Part shown: piece by piece, positions 49,900 to 61,930 of the stretch | Layout: each line of letters starts with the position of its first letter | How positions within the stretch are numbered: the first letter of the stretch is position 1 | Origin: Takakia lepidozioides | Taxonomy: Eukaryota > Plantae > Bryophyta | Assembly: GCA_030704615.1 (NCBI GenBank) | Contig: CM060733.1 | Coordinates: 7,440,001-7,504,000, forward strand | Direction of reading: 5' to 3' | DNA: 64,000 bases | Notes under the pieces: model-generated | Seen by the model: only the letters and a program-made list of their open reading frames with translations | What the model was told of the DNA's origin: nothing | Database searches by the model: none | Position numbers and translations under genes: made by a program

Positions 49900-52800
49900 G
49901 CCTACACAGTGTGCGGTTCCGCAGACTGTTTGAGCTGACAGTGAAGGGTTCATTTTATACTCAAAAATGTGCCCATGAAGTCCAAATTTTGCACCCAGAA
50001 ACATTGAAATGCTCAGCTCAAACAGTGTGCGTTGCCGCACACTGTCTGGGCTGGCAGTGAAGGGTTCATTTCACCCTCACACGGGTGCCCATGAAGTCCA
50101 AATTTTGCACCCAGAAACATTGAAATGCTCAGCTCAAACAGTGTGCGTTGCCGCACACTGTCTGAGCTGGCAGTGAAGGGTTCATTTCACACTCACACAG
50201 GTGCCCCTGAAGTCCAATTTTTGCATCCAGAAACATTGAAATGCTCAGCTCAAACAGTGTGCGTTGCCGCACACTGTCCGAGCTGGCAGTGAAGGGTTCA
50301 TTTCACACTCACACAGGTGCCCCTGAAGTCCAATTTTTGCATCCAGAAACATTGAAATGCTCAGCTCAAACAGTGTGCGTTGCCGCACACTGTCTGAGCT
50401 GGCAGTGAAGGGTTCATTTCACACTCACACAGGTGCCCCTGAAGTCCAATTTTTGCATCCAGAAACATTGAAATGCTCAGCTCAAACAGTGTGCGTTGCC
50501 GCACACTGTCTGAGCTGGCAGTGAAGGGTTCTTTTCACACTCACACAGGTGCCCCTGAAGTCCAAATATTTCATCCAGAAACATTGAAATGCTCAGCTCA
50601 AACAGTGTGCGTTGCCGCACACTGTCTGAGCTGGCAGTGAAGGGTTCATTTCACACTCACACAGGTGCCCCTGAAGTCCAAATTTTGCACCCAGAAACAT
50701 TGAAATGCTCAGCTCAAACAGTGTGCGTTGCCGCACACTGTCTGGGCTGGCAGTGAAGGGTTCTTTTCACACTCACACAGGTGCCCCTGAAGTCCAAATA
50801 TTTCACCCAGAAACATTGAAATGCTCAGCTCAAACAGTGTGCGTTGCCGCACACTGTCTGAGCTGGCAGTGAAGGGTTCATTGCACACTCACACAGGTGC
50901 CCCTGAAGTCCAATTTTTGCACCCAGAAACATTGAAATGCTCAGCTCAAACAGTGTGCGTTGCCGCACACTGTCTGGGCTGGCAGTGAAGGGTTCTTTTC
51001 ACACTCACACAGGTGCCCCTGAAGTCCAAATATTTCACCCAGAAACATTGAAATGCTCAGCTCAAACAGTGTGCGTTGCCGCACACTGTCTGAGCTGGCA
51101 GTGAAGGGTTCATTTCACACTCACACAGGTGCCCCTGAAGTCCAAATATTTCACCCAGAAACATTGAAATGCTCAGCTCAAACAGTGTGCGTTGCCGCAC
51201 ACTGTCTGAGCTGGCAGTGAAGGGTTCTTTTCACACTCACACAGGTGCCCCTGAAGTCCAAATTTTGCATCCAGAAACATTGAAATGCTCAGCTCAAACA
51301 GTGTGCGTTGCCGCACACTGTCTGAGCTGGCAGTGAAGGGTTCATTTCACACTCACACAGGTGCCCCTGAAGTCCAAATTTTGCACCCAGAAACATTGAA
51401 ATGCTCAGCTCAAACAGTGTGCGTTGCCGCACACTGTCTGGGCTGGCAGTGAAGGGTTCTTTTCACACTCACACAGGTGCCCCTGAAGTCCAAATTTTGC
51501 ACCCAGAAACATTGAAATGCTCAGCTCAAACAGTGTGCGTTGCCGCACACTGTCTGGGCTGGCAGTGAAGGGTTCTTTTCACACTCACACAGGTGCCCCT
51601 GAAGTCCAAATTTTGCACCCAGAAACATTGAAATGCTCAGCTCAAACAGTGTGCGTTGCCGCACACTGTCTGGGCTGGCAGTGAAGGGTTCTTTTCACAC
51701 TCACACAGGTGCCCCTGAAGTCCAAATATTTCACCCAGAAACATTGAAATGCTCAGCTCAAACAGTGTGCGTTGCCGCACACTGTCTGAGCTGGCAGTGA
51801 AGGGTTCATTTCACACTCACACAGGTGCCTCTGAAGTCCAATTTTTGCACCCAGAAACATTGAAATGCTCAGCTCAAACAGTGTGCGTTGCCGCACACTG
51901 TCTGGGCTGGCAGTGAAGGGTTCTTTTCACACTCACACAGGTGCCCCTGAAGTCCAAATATTTCACCCAGAAACATTGAAATGCTCAGCTCAAACAGTGT
52001 GCGTTGCCGCACACTGTATGAGCTGGCAGTGAAGGGTTCTTTTCACACTCACACAGGTGCCCCTGAAGTCCAAATATTTCACCCAGAAACATTGAAATGC
52101 TCAGCTCAAACGGTGTGCGTTGCCGCACACTGTCTGAGCTGGCAGTGAAGGGTTCATTTCACACTCACACAGGTGCCCCTGAAGTCCAATTTTTGCACCC
52201 AGAAACATTGAAATGCTCAGCTCAAACAGTGTGCGTTGCCGCACACTGTCTGGGCTGGCAGTGAAGGGTTCTTTTCACACTCACACAGGTGCCCCTGAAG
52301 TCCAAATATTTCACCCAGAAACATTGAAATGCTCAGCTCAAATAGTGTGCGTTGCCGCACACTGTATGAGCTGGCAGTGAAGGGTTCTTTTCACACTCAC
52401 ACAGGTGCCCCTGAAGTCCAAATTTTGCATCCAGAAACATTGAAATGCTCAGCTCAAACAGTGTGCGTTGCCGCACACTGTCTGAGCTGGCAGTGAAGGG
52501 TTCATTTCACACTCACACAGGTGCCCCTGAAGTCCAAATTTTGCACCCAGAAACATTGAAATGCTCAGCTCAAACAGTGTGCGTTGCCGCACACTGTCTG
52601 GGCTGGCAGTGAAGGGTTCTTTTCACACTCACACAGGTGCCCCTGAAGTCCAAATATTTCACCCAGAAACATTGAAATGCTCAGCTCAAACAGTGTGCGT
52701 TGCCGCACACTGTCTGAGCTGGCAGTGAAGGGTTCATTTCACACTAACATAACAGACATCAAGACCAAATTTTGAACCCTAAAACATTGAAAAGGTCTGC

Positions 52801-53062
52801 TCAAACATTGTGCGTTGCCGCACGCTGTTTGAGCTGGTTTTGAAGGGTTCATTTCAACCTCAGATAACAGACAGCAAAGACCAAATTTTGCACCCAGAAA
52901 CACCGAAATGCCCAGCTCAAACAGTGTGCGTTGCCGCACACTGTCTGAGCTGGCAGTGAAGGGTTCTTTTCACACTCACACAGGTGCCCCTGAAGTCCAA
53001 ATTTTGCACCCATAAACATTGAAATGCTCAGCTCAAACAGTGTGCGTTGCCGCACACTGTCT
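49900..53062. repeat. Tandem array of about 27-28 x 116-bp units, each with the palindrome ACAGTGTGCG-TTGC-CGCACACTGT
   Basis: Palindrome starts at 49906, 50022 and onward to 53037 (span 3131 bp). Units are near-identical except the first and two near 52740-52940. Confidence 0.97.
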
Positions 53063-54922
53063 GGTGTTTGGTTCTGGGGATCCTAAGGTCCCAATGGAAA
53101 ATAGGGAGCGCACATGCCTCTTCCATTGGAGTCAATCTCTGGCACGTCATACAAAGCGCTGCATTCGCCCTGACCTTCAGTTGGAGCATAGAAGGCTCTG
53201 TCTGAAGTACAAGAATGCCACCTCAATGGGAGAAGCAGAGAGCACTTACCAGGCAATCCGGGCTTGGTGGTTCTCCGCTGGTGCTGCTACAGGTATCCAC
53301 CTGAAGGAGTTGGAGGACTGGTTGGTTTTCTGGCACTTCAGGTACAGACAGTGGGGAGCTTTCATGACGACGGTAAGCCTCACAAGTTTTCCTTAAACAC
53401 AAATTGCACTTTGCATCGTGCCTGTTCATTTGGGGTTGTTCGATTGTCACTTGAATAACCTCTACCATTTCTTTTCCTTCCTCACATTTCCATGCAATGC
53501 CTCCTGCAGGACATGTCCTTGGAGGACTTGGCCGACATGCCATCGTGTAATTTGGCAGAGACTGTTCACAACGCCTGGATGCAACAGTCTACCAAAGCAG
53601 GTCGTGACTTGTATGTGGCCACTGCTGATGACATGGTGCGGGCACTTACACAACAAACCAGGTACCGCAATTTTCTGATGGGACGGGGTGGAGGGAAGGG
53701 CCCCGATTCGACTTTGTTGATGCTAAGGGCTGCGAGTAGGTCCGGAGACCCGTCAAAGATGGCCAGAGCTCTAAACAGGTGCACTGAAGGTTCCCCTCTG
53801 CAATCCAGGCTCCCCCATTTGGAAGGCGAGGAAAGATTTGGATCATGCAAAAGGAAATTAAACACTCTTCCAGGGTCAGATGGAGATTCCCATAGGCCAG
53901 ACAGGGTCAATTTCTCTGTGCCAAAGGTGTCTCCAGTGCAGACTAAGTCCTGTGCCGGCCCCTTCCCAGGTGGGTCCTCCTCCTGTGGAGCAGGTGCGGA
54001 ACATGCAAGCATAGCAGCGGAAATCCCATTGGAGGAGGTGGTGGCCATGGTGCAGGAATCTGATTGCATTGATAGTGACTGGCATATAGAACGCACCCCA
54101 CCAGGATCTAGAGTGGCTTGCATGGCAATTCGGACCCCCTCTTTCAAGAAATGCAAATCAAAAATATGCAAAGGCTCCAGGGGGACTCCAGCTCCAACAT
54201 TCACAGGGTTGTTCCGACCTTATCATAGTGGGGAGTCAAAAGAGCACAAGTTTTGGTTCTGCCCAGACGATATGGCACGATGCGTGAAGGGAACAGTTCG
54301 TCCTTCCGTGATAATGAAGCCCCCTCCCCCCGCAATTTGGCCTGTGCAAATTGGGACATCGCTGTCCTCAACCGAGATAAGCATGCTGGAGGAGGGAGGG
54401 TTTTGTCTTGCACGGTCCCGGGTGGTGCCCTTATGCACTGTCGGCACAGATGTGCCACATGCTCCGACAATGCCTCCACCCGGTGCCAACTCCCACCCAA
54501 CAAAAAGAGATGGAAAAACAGTGCGCCGTGTTGCTTCGGGTGCAGATCACGAATGCAAGATGGAATCGGCTAGAATTTTGCAGGCTACGGTGGCTCGTAT
54601 CACCGAAGTCCCTTCCCCGGGGTATGGACGGATTTACACAGTGCTGTCAATTGGCTCAGTTCTTCATGCCAAAGAATATCAAGTTACCATTGGGAATTTC
54701 CCATCGTGCACTTGTCCGGATTTTGTAACGATGCGTGAGGGCGCTCTCGGCATGAGAGGGAAGTGGGTCCCCTGCAAGCATCAATATTACATATACCTTG
54801 TAATTATGTGTTGCGACGGTAAGAGAGACCAATTCATTCACCAAGCCACACTAGGCTACGGAGAAGTCATCACCCTTCTGCAGCGGGACACCTCGCGTAG
54901 AGCTCCGCCAACTTCTCTTTGA
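53063..54922 (+). CDS. E3 MULE transposase, C-terminal portion (DDE core end plus SWIM), intron 53373-53509
   Basis: RERTCLFHW (CxxH), PSCNLAETVHN (catalytic Glu context) and FPSCTCPDF...VPCKHQYY. Open frame; N-terminus deleted at the satellite junction. Confidence 0.87.
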
Positions 54923-55341
54923 ACACATACGAGCCATGCCCGCTTCCCATGCTGGTTTCCAGGTTGCCGTGTGAAGACTTTTCATTTTATGACAAACATA
55001 TACATTTCGTTCACTTGTGAGGGCAAATGCACTTGCGATTCATTGTAAGCGTCTCTCTGTGAATTGAAATAAACTGTGTCAATCATTCTGAGCTCAAATC
55101 TGACATGTTTACATATTCCTCTTTTTTGGCACGCATTGCAGACATGGTGCATGGTGGCCTCCTTTGTTTTGTCCACGGTAATAGGCCCTCTTCCTGCAAT
55201 CCTCGCCTATAGGACCTGCTTCTCCAGCAGATTCATGCCGCTCACGCTTCCCTGAAGCGTGAGCTCAGCTCACGCTTCAAAGCTTGAACGTGAGCTCAGC
55301 TCCCAGGCTCACGGGGCTGGGCTCACGCCGTAGCTACGCTG

Positions 55342-55620
55342 CCAAAAGGCTGCCGGCATGGGAGGCATCTCTTGGTTTGTCGGAGCTCTCAAGGATTCCT
55401 CGGGCTCCGACTCCTCGGATTCATCCCGCTCTTGGGCGGCCTCATTTTCGGAAACATGAATCGCTTCCTCAAACGGCCGCCTCGGTGACACGCCGCCCCC
55501 ATCGGGCTCACCGGGATCATCATCTTTTGGGCCGTTCCGCTTTCGCTTCGGCTTGCCCGACCCCATGATGAGGCCAATCCCAAGGACGATCGCGTACTGA
55601 AATCTAAGCTCTGATACCAA
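55342..55620 (-). mobile_element. Chromovirus PBS (tRNA-Met type) and gag N-terminus
   Basis: TGGTATCAGAGC on the minus strand at about 55608-55619 next to the LTR. ATG at 55566 reads MGSGKPKRK...MPAAFW and joins AFWEGLL at 45146. Confidence 0.9.
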
Positions 55621-55621
55621 A

Positions 55622-56126
55622 TGTCGCGCACCTCAATTCGGTAAGCTCCCCTTCAAGTCATAGTTACTCGCTTTGATGCGCGCGCCTGACTCCCAACCTG
55701 GCCGCCCGGGCCAACTTGGAGCTTCGGCTGCTCACCGGGACATAACGGTCCCCCTTCGCTTCCCTCTAAACCCTCCACCTATTTGGGACTAGGAGAATTC
55801 CCTTTGGTAGATGGTAGTCCGGAACAGTTCCCCACTCTTTGGTCGCTTTCCGGCTCGCTCACTTACTCACTAGTTTTTGGTCACCAACGGGCTTGCACCG
55901 TTCTCGGGGTTACTACTCCCTATATATACTTCTGTAGCTGTCCGCGGGGGTTTCATAACCAGCCATGCCATTTTATGGCGAACCACCACGAAAACCCTCG
56001 ACTCCCGGTGATGAGTCGCGGTGAGTCTTGGCCCACTCACCACGGCCCCTATGGACCGTGCTGAGTCCCAAGACTCCCCACGACTCCCACCACGAGGTCT
56101 CCGCCCCCATGGTGAGTCCTATGCCA
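55622..56126 (-). mobile_element. Chromovirus 5' LTR, part 1 (part 2 inverted at 60344-60565)
   Basis: Matches 14781-14822 plus 39213-39675 and breaks at ...CCTATGCCA. Confidence 0.93.
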
Positions 56127-56553
56127 GGGGGAAGTGACTGGGGTGCTGACTGGGTAAATCAGCCAGAGATTCTGACGTATAATGCTTATATTCTTTTCAA
56201 ATATAGAATATTATGTTGATTCTGCTCAATCTAGCTTGAACTAATGGAATTTTAGATGTTGCAGATGATTGCATGCATAGCTAGAAATTCGTCACTCCAA
56301 ATCTCTCCCATCGACAACAGATTATTGAAAAAACATCCTTGCTAGAGGGTGATGCGATCATTGTTTGGACTTTGTGTCGTCGCATTAATTCCTCAATATA
56401 AGCAACTCATGCATATCAACACTTGACGCATTGCTTGTGGATGGAGTCATGGTAGTGCTATCTCATATGTCGACACTTGGCTCACTTGGGTGACGCTAAT
56501 CCCCCCCAAAAAAATAGTGCAGTGATATTTATCATTAGTACATCGAGGGTAAT

Positions 56554-56644
56554 AGGGCCCACCCCCGAGAGGGGGTAGTAGCCGCAAGGCGAAGTGGCTC
56601 TTAGTTACGCCCGCTTAGGCCGGAGTCTTCTTCTTCTTCTTCTT
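56554..56644 (+). mobile_element. Short retroposed insertion (LINE/SINE 3' end) with (CTT)n tail
   Basis: Flanked by a 13-bp near-perfect TSD CATCGAGGGTAAT (56541-56553) / CATAGAGGGTAAT (56645-56657). Ends in a CTT tandem tail and contains GC hairpins. Confidence 0.65.
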
Positions 56645-57389
56645 CATAGAGGGTAATTTGCTATTTCATTGGACACTATAATCTTCACACTATTGTGGAC
56701 CCAAATAGTCTAATTTCCACTTACAATGATAGGAGGTGGTAGTGCAAGGGACAAATAGGCATTTTGAAGTATACTTTGGATTTCTTTATTTTCATAACTT
56801 GTGTGGAAGTAACGAATGTTATAGATGGGATGAGAAGCGGGTTGAAGACTTCATGCTATCATTTGAGCTCTTTGGTCAACTTTGCTTTGCGGTAGAGGAG
56901 GGTGGGAGCTTGAAGAAAGCTGAGACAAAGTTTTGTGTAAAGGATGAACCAATCAAAACAAAATGGAGGGGCTAAGTTGTTTTTCTTTTTGGTGGGGGGA
57001 GGGGGGGTGCGTGCTAAGGTATGGGGCTAACGTTTGCATACTAGATTTGTGGTAATTGCTCTCATTGATTGTGAGGGATTCTATGGCAAGGCAATGGGAA
57101 CATAAGAGAGCATTGAGAAGTGGGGTGATATAAAGAAGAGGTTGAATATATTTTAGATGGATATGTATCTGAATTATAGGTTTGGAATATTGTTACCTAT
57201 TGAAAATTCACGAGTGTGATATCTATTACCCAATACATTGAAAATGAATTGTTTGAAGTAACCTCCAGATGTGTTATATTGAATTGGATGTTGTGTGTGT
57301 GTGATGTTAAATATACGCATATGTTATAAGATGACAATTTGTTTGGTCACTCTGATAAAGTTCGTGTAAAGTTAATGTATATCTAGAAT

Positions 57390-57761
57390 TGTTGGAAATC
57401 AACTCCTTACCAAGTTACTACTACTCAGAGTTACTGTGATGACAAGTCAGGCTTCCATAATAGCAGTGCTAACAAGTCACAGTTAATAAGCCAGTTAGCT
57501 AAAAGATAGCTAAAGTTAGCTTCAGTTATTAGTGACTCAAGTCATTGTACCAGAATAGCAGGTGGAGATAAATTAAGTAAAAGCATGAAGTTATGCTACA
57601 GTTATCTCATCTATTCTTGGATTGGACTTTGAGTATAAATAGGGAGAGCTCGGAGGGTGGACACATAGCTTATTGTGGTCCTATGGTTGGGTGAAGAGTT
57701 CTCAGTAATCAATTCATCTTTTATCTCTATTCTCTGTCGAATTCCAATATGGTATCAGAGC
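57390..57761 (+). mobile_element. Copia 5' LTR (57390-57749) plus PBS (57750-57761), displaced by the inversion
   Basis: TGTTGGAA...TTCCAATA ends, internal TATAAATA, then TGGTATCAGAGC. Undoing the inversion and removing E1 places it just upstream of the Copia gag at 6017. Confidence 0.8.
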
Positions 57762-57836
57762 GAGGTTTTGTCTAAGAGATAGAGGGAGATGAGTATTTGA
57801 TTTACAACCTATAGGCTTGACTGCTTGGTGTTAAAG

Positions 57837-60343
57837 CAGGGACGTCTCGGCGTGAGCCTGGTGGCGTGAGCGCAGTTGCGCTCACGCCACATCACCTTGA
57901 ACGAACGCCATGTCACCGGGCTCACTCCACGTCACCGAGCTTAAAAGCTACGTCAACGCGCGCCAATTAAGAAGCAGACTGTATTTCCGCAGAAGAGCAC
58001 CCTCAACCGCGGAAACAAGTTCGACGAAATAATAAAAGGACGTGGTCATCCCCACCTGAAAGCAACAATTGAATGCAGGATGTATGAATGTAGAGTGGAT
58101 GAGAAATATATGGATATGTGGGAACAATGCAAGCGAAGATGAATGTGGGATGGATGTTGAATGGTGGAAAACATTCTTGAATGGAGGATGCATGAATACA
58201 CAATAGATGAATGCACAATGGATATGACATGAGTGTGAGGGGTTGAGGGGATGGATTCATGAAGATTGACATTTGAATCCGAGTAGATTGTTTGAATCAC
58301 CTTTTTTTCTGCCGGAACAAATGCAATGAGGCAAGGGAATTCAATGAGTTCCGAATAGGATATAAATTGAACAGAAAGAATGCGAAGTTCAGTCTGATCC
58401 AGAGTCAGTACAATGTATCCCCGCGTCCACTGCATCCAAGTCCAAGAATTTCAGAACTCCGGATCTACGATGGCTACTCATGCGATCGGGCAATAAGAAG
58501 TCAGGGGATAGAGCCTCGGCCATTTCAAATGCCACTGCTTCGGCATAGACAGGAAGCACAAAAGTGGAAAGGGGACTGTCGAAAACAGTCTCGGCACAAA
58601 TGGGGGTTTCTCCTAAAGATCCATCGCTGCCGTTCCTGCAAGTCAAAGCATGATAAAAGTTATTACTGCAATTTTGATGTATGCAAAATTGAACAAGCAC
58701 CCAAATTGGAATGACATTTCCATGGCCGACTTACTCACATGAGAAGTCGTTGTCCATTTTCTTATCCTCGGTATCCTCATCATTTCTGATTTGAATTTGT
58801 TCGGTCTGTGTGCCAGACGTAGAGCCAGACACAAGAGGGAGGAGGACACTCTTGAATAGTTTGGTGTCGCCCTCCATGCCAAAAAGGCTTCTCCCACCAA
58901 CCTTGCAAGCACACCTGCTAAGACAAAAAGCCTCAATAAGGTTGTAGAGGATGCAAAATCGGATGCAAACTGGAAGACCTTCGGAATGGAAACAATATTG
59001 AACCAACGAACCTGTGGATAGTGTGAGATCGACCACCCTTGCAAAATGGTGGCTGCATGACTCCAAGAGCGTCTGCATGAACGTTGGGGTTCTCTTCCTT
59101 ACACCTCTCCACGGAAACCCGTCTGGTCTTTTGGCTGTCTGACTGGAGTGCATGAAATTGTACAGCATGTTATCCACATGCGGTTCATATGGGGGGTTGA
59201 CAAAACACCCCTGGTCGGAAATTTCAAAGTTGCGAACGGATGAAGGTGTTTTGGAAGTGCGAATCCGCCTCAGGCAGATTGCCTCAAACATCCTTGTCTG
59301 ACAAAGACGCAAGGTAGGAGTGAGACATAGAAATTCGAAAGAAATTCTAGCAGAGGAAAGAACAGAACATGGACTGCAAATGTAAACTACAATGGAATGT
59401 TTTTGTGATGATCGGTGCCGATCATCACATATGGTGGTAGAGCAAGCCAGCAGAAACAACTGAAAATACATTGGGAAACAGTTCAGAGTAGGGCGGTGCC
59501 ATACCAGCTGTCCAGGGCAACCACCTTTCAGAAGGTACAGGATGTTCACACAATTCCCTGTCCTCAGAATTTCGAACCCAGACGACTTTAGGTATGATGC
59601 CAGACCCCTACGACTATCCTTATCACATGACTGGAAGAGCAAAAGCGTTCCTGCATCTGAAAGGAAATTATTGCAGAAGCCGAATACCCAACTCCAGTAG
59701 TTCTCATCGAATTTGTTCCAAGATGGAGTCTTTCCCTTTGGAGGAACGTCGGGGACAGGTAGGCCGTCTGGGATGTCAAGGATGACCATGTCAGCGGCAA
59801 AGGGTTTTTGAACACCGCATACGAATGAGGGACCATTGCTCACCTGCAGCATACCGGTATAATTTCAAGTCAAACAGAAATTAGGGTCCCAATAGAAACC
59901 ATCATCTACATTGGCATACACAAAATTCGAAAGTCCCATGTGAAGAGGAAGATTATTACCAGATTAAGAAATGAAATCATGTTATCCCAAGTTGGTGATG
60001 GCACCCCCGAGTAACTCTTTCTCCGAGTCTCCATCATCGCCAGCCATCCCTCATTCACAATCTTGATCTGCCCTGCCAAGTTCGCACGGGAAGGGTGTGG
60101 CTTGGCATCGAATGGACATTGAACAGTGAGGGTGTACCTCCCAGCGGTCTCATCTTTCTCCTTGTCCTTCGCCTTCTCCTTCCCCTTAGCCTTCTCCTTC
60201 TCTTTGTCCTTAGGCTTCCCAGGTGACTTGGCTACTACCTCCGGAGCCTTTGGATCTTTCCCCTTTCGACCTGCCTTCCTGCCTTTCTGTGGAGTTGCCT
60301 GCGCGTCTGGCTCCTTGGCGGCCAATGAAGCAATGTTCCTCTG
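57837..60343 (-). mobile_element. E1 right arm (inverted): 3' part of the ParB-MTase-like gene (60343-58389) and terminus
   Basis: After the LTR end and TSD CAGAG the frame continues NIASLAAKEPDAQ...ADMVILDIPDG...VVDLTLSTG...GRSLFGMEGD. Terminus CAGGGACGTCTCGGCGTGAGC at 57837 matches the E2 right end. Confidence 0.9.
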
Positions 60344-60565
60344 TGTCGCGGCCCTTTGCCTTGAGGGCAGGGGGTCGGGACACATGAGGGGCTGCCCCTG
60401 TGGTGGGGGCAGCGGCAGCGATAGGTATGGGGGGCTGAAGCACCCTTGAGTGCCCAAGGCACTGAAGGAGGTGGAGGCGCTCACTAGGTGGAGCCCCGCA
60501 CACCGGGTTGCGGTGGGGGTGGCTCCACAAGGGGTGGTGGTAGCTTAGCCGGACTTAGTGGGGGT
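60344..60565 (+). mobile_element. Chromovirus 5' LTR, part 2 (inverted)
   Basis: Reverse complement of 39675-39896, adjacent to CTCTG (TSD CAGAG) at 60339-60343. Confidence 0.93.
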
Positions 60566-61635
60566 AGAAAAGGAGAAAAATAGAAAGAAAAAGAAGAAAG
60601 AAAAAGTAATCCGACAACATTGAATCCCAGTCACCTCCAAAAAAGAAAAGAAAGAAAAAGGAAAAATAATTGGACAAAGTGTGGCAGTGAATCCCAGTCA
60701 CTGTTACGTCCAAAGAAGAAAATAAAAAAAAAGAAAGAAAAAGAAGAAAGGAAAACTAATCGGACAGTGTGAGTCACTGACCCGTAGTTTAGTGACGCCA
60801 GTTTTTTTTTTTTTTCATATTTCCAAAATCGCTGGCGGGGCCAGCTGTGAATTCTACCCAGTGCCCATGAGAATATTGAGGTGACAGAGTTAAAAAAGTG
60901 GCTATATTCCAGGTGACACGTTTTAACTGGTGCACGTTGGCAAGATTAGGCTCCTGAAATTTATAAACTGGTGCCCAATAATTCCCTTGTATGTACAAGT
61001 AGCTGACCGAGTTTGGGCCAGGTCAAAACTTCGAATAAATCCAGAAACTTAATAAAATTTTATAACAGTATAAATAAGGCCTTCAAAGATCCCTACCTTG
61101 CCGGGTTGGGATTGTGGACATGTCAGCGCCTGCGTATAGATTAGTCATCCCCTGACCATCCATATCTGCGCCTCCAATCGCCTACACCCACCTGCCCACA
61201 TCCAATCTGCAACCGTAGATCCTTTTCTTTTGCTCGGACGAACACAAACAAGGCGGGCGGACACCACCATGACCCGCATTAACTTATTGTATTCCTAGGA
61301 ACGCTCACGGTTATCACAATATGTCCAAATATATATCTTTTCAAGGGAATCCTGACTCGCGACGGCTAGAGGGATCGAACCCCCGATCCACATGCCAATG
61401 CCAACCATGCCGAAAAGCTAAGTTAAATTCTTTTTTGTCTTTGGGGGTTCTGTTTTCTGTTTTGTACTTTTAAGAGAATCTATCCATTTCATTTGAAAGG
61501 CATACTTCATTACTTGCTAGGATGAGAAATGGATGAATAACCCGCATTAAAATTAGCTCACTCATATGTGCAACTAATCCCACTGGCCGTGCCATTATCT
61601 TCTTATATTTTGCCGCATTTATTTTTTAATTATTT

Positions 61636-61930
61636 TAGAAGCACTTGAGTTTCTATTCATTTTATTCAAGAAAATATTCAATGTTCAGGACAAAAACCCA
61701 GAACATGAGCTAATATGTATTAAAAGTAAAATTTGCCTAAGAAAAAAAGTTCTGCTGATTCTGTGCATTATACTTTAGAAGCACTTGAGTTTCTATTCAT
61801 TTTATTCATGAAAATATTCAATGTTCAAGACAAAAAATCCAGAAAAAAACGATAAAAAGGGGAATATGAGTTAATATGTATTAAAAGTAAAATTTGCTTA
61901 AGAAAAAAGGTTCTGCTGATCCTGTGCATT
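61636..61930. repeat. AT-rich tandem duplication (2 copies, about 135-155 bp)
   Basis: TAGAAGCACTTGAGTTTCTATTCATTTTATTCA...GTTCTGCTGAT.CTGTGCATT occurs twice. Confidence 0.8.

Larger units (their letters stand above)
45147..55341. mobile_element. Mutator-like element E3 (opposite orientation, internally deleted) inserted in chromovirus gag
   Basis: Perfect 9-bp TSD CCAAAAGGC at 45138-45146 and 55342-55350, duplicating gag codons AFW. Ends GGGGGGTGCTATTCCGTGAGC / CAGCGTAGCTACGGCGTGAGC with GTGAGC subterminal repeats. Confidence 0.95.

Noticed and set aside
49900-53062. CRISPR-like array of palindromic repeats
   Set aside because: The sequence between palindromes is itself repeated, so there are no unique spacers. 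No cas genes are present and the context is eukaryotic.
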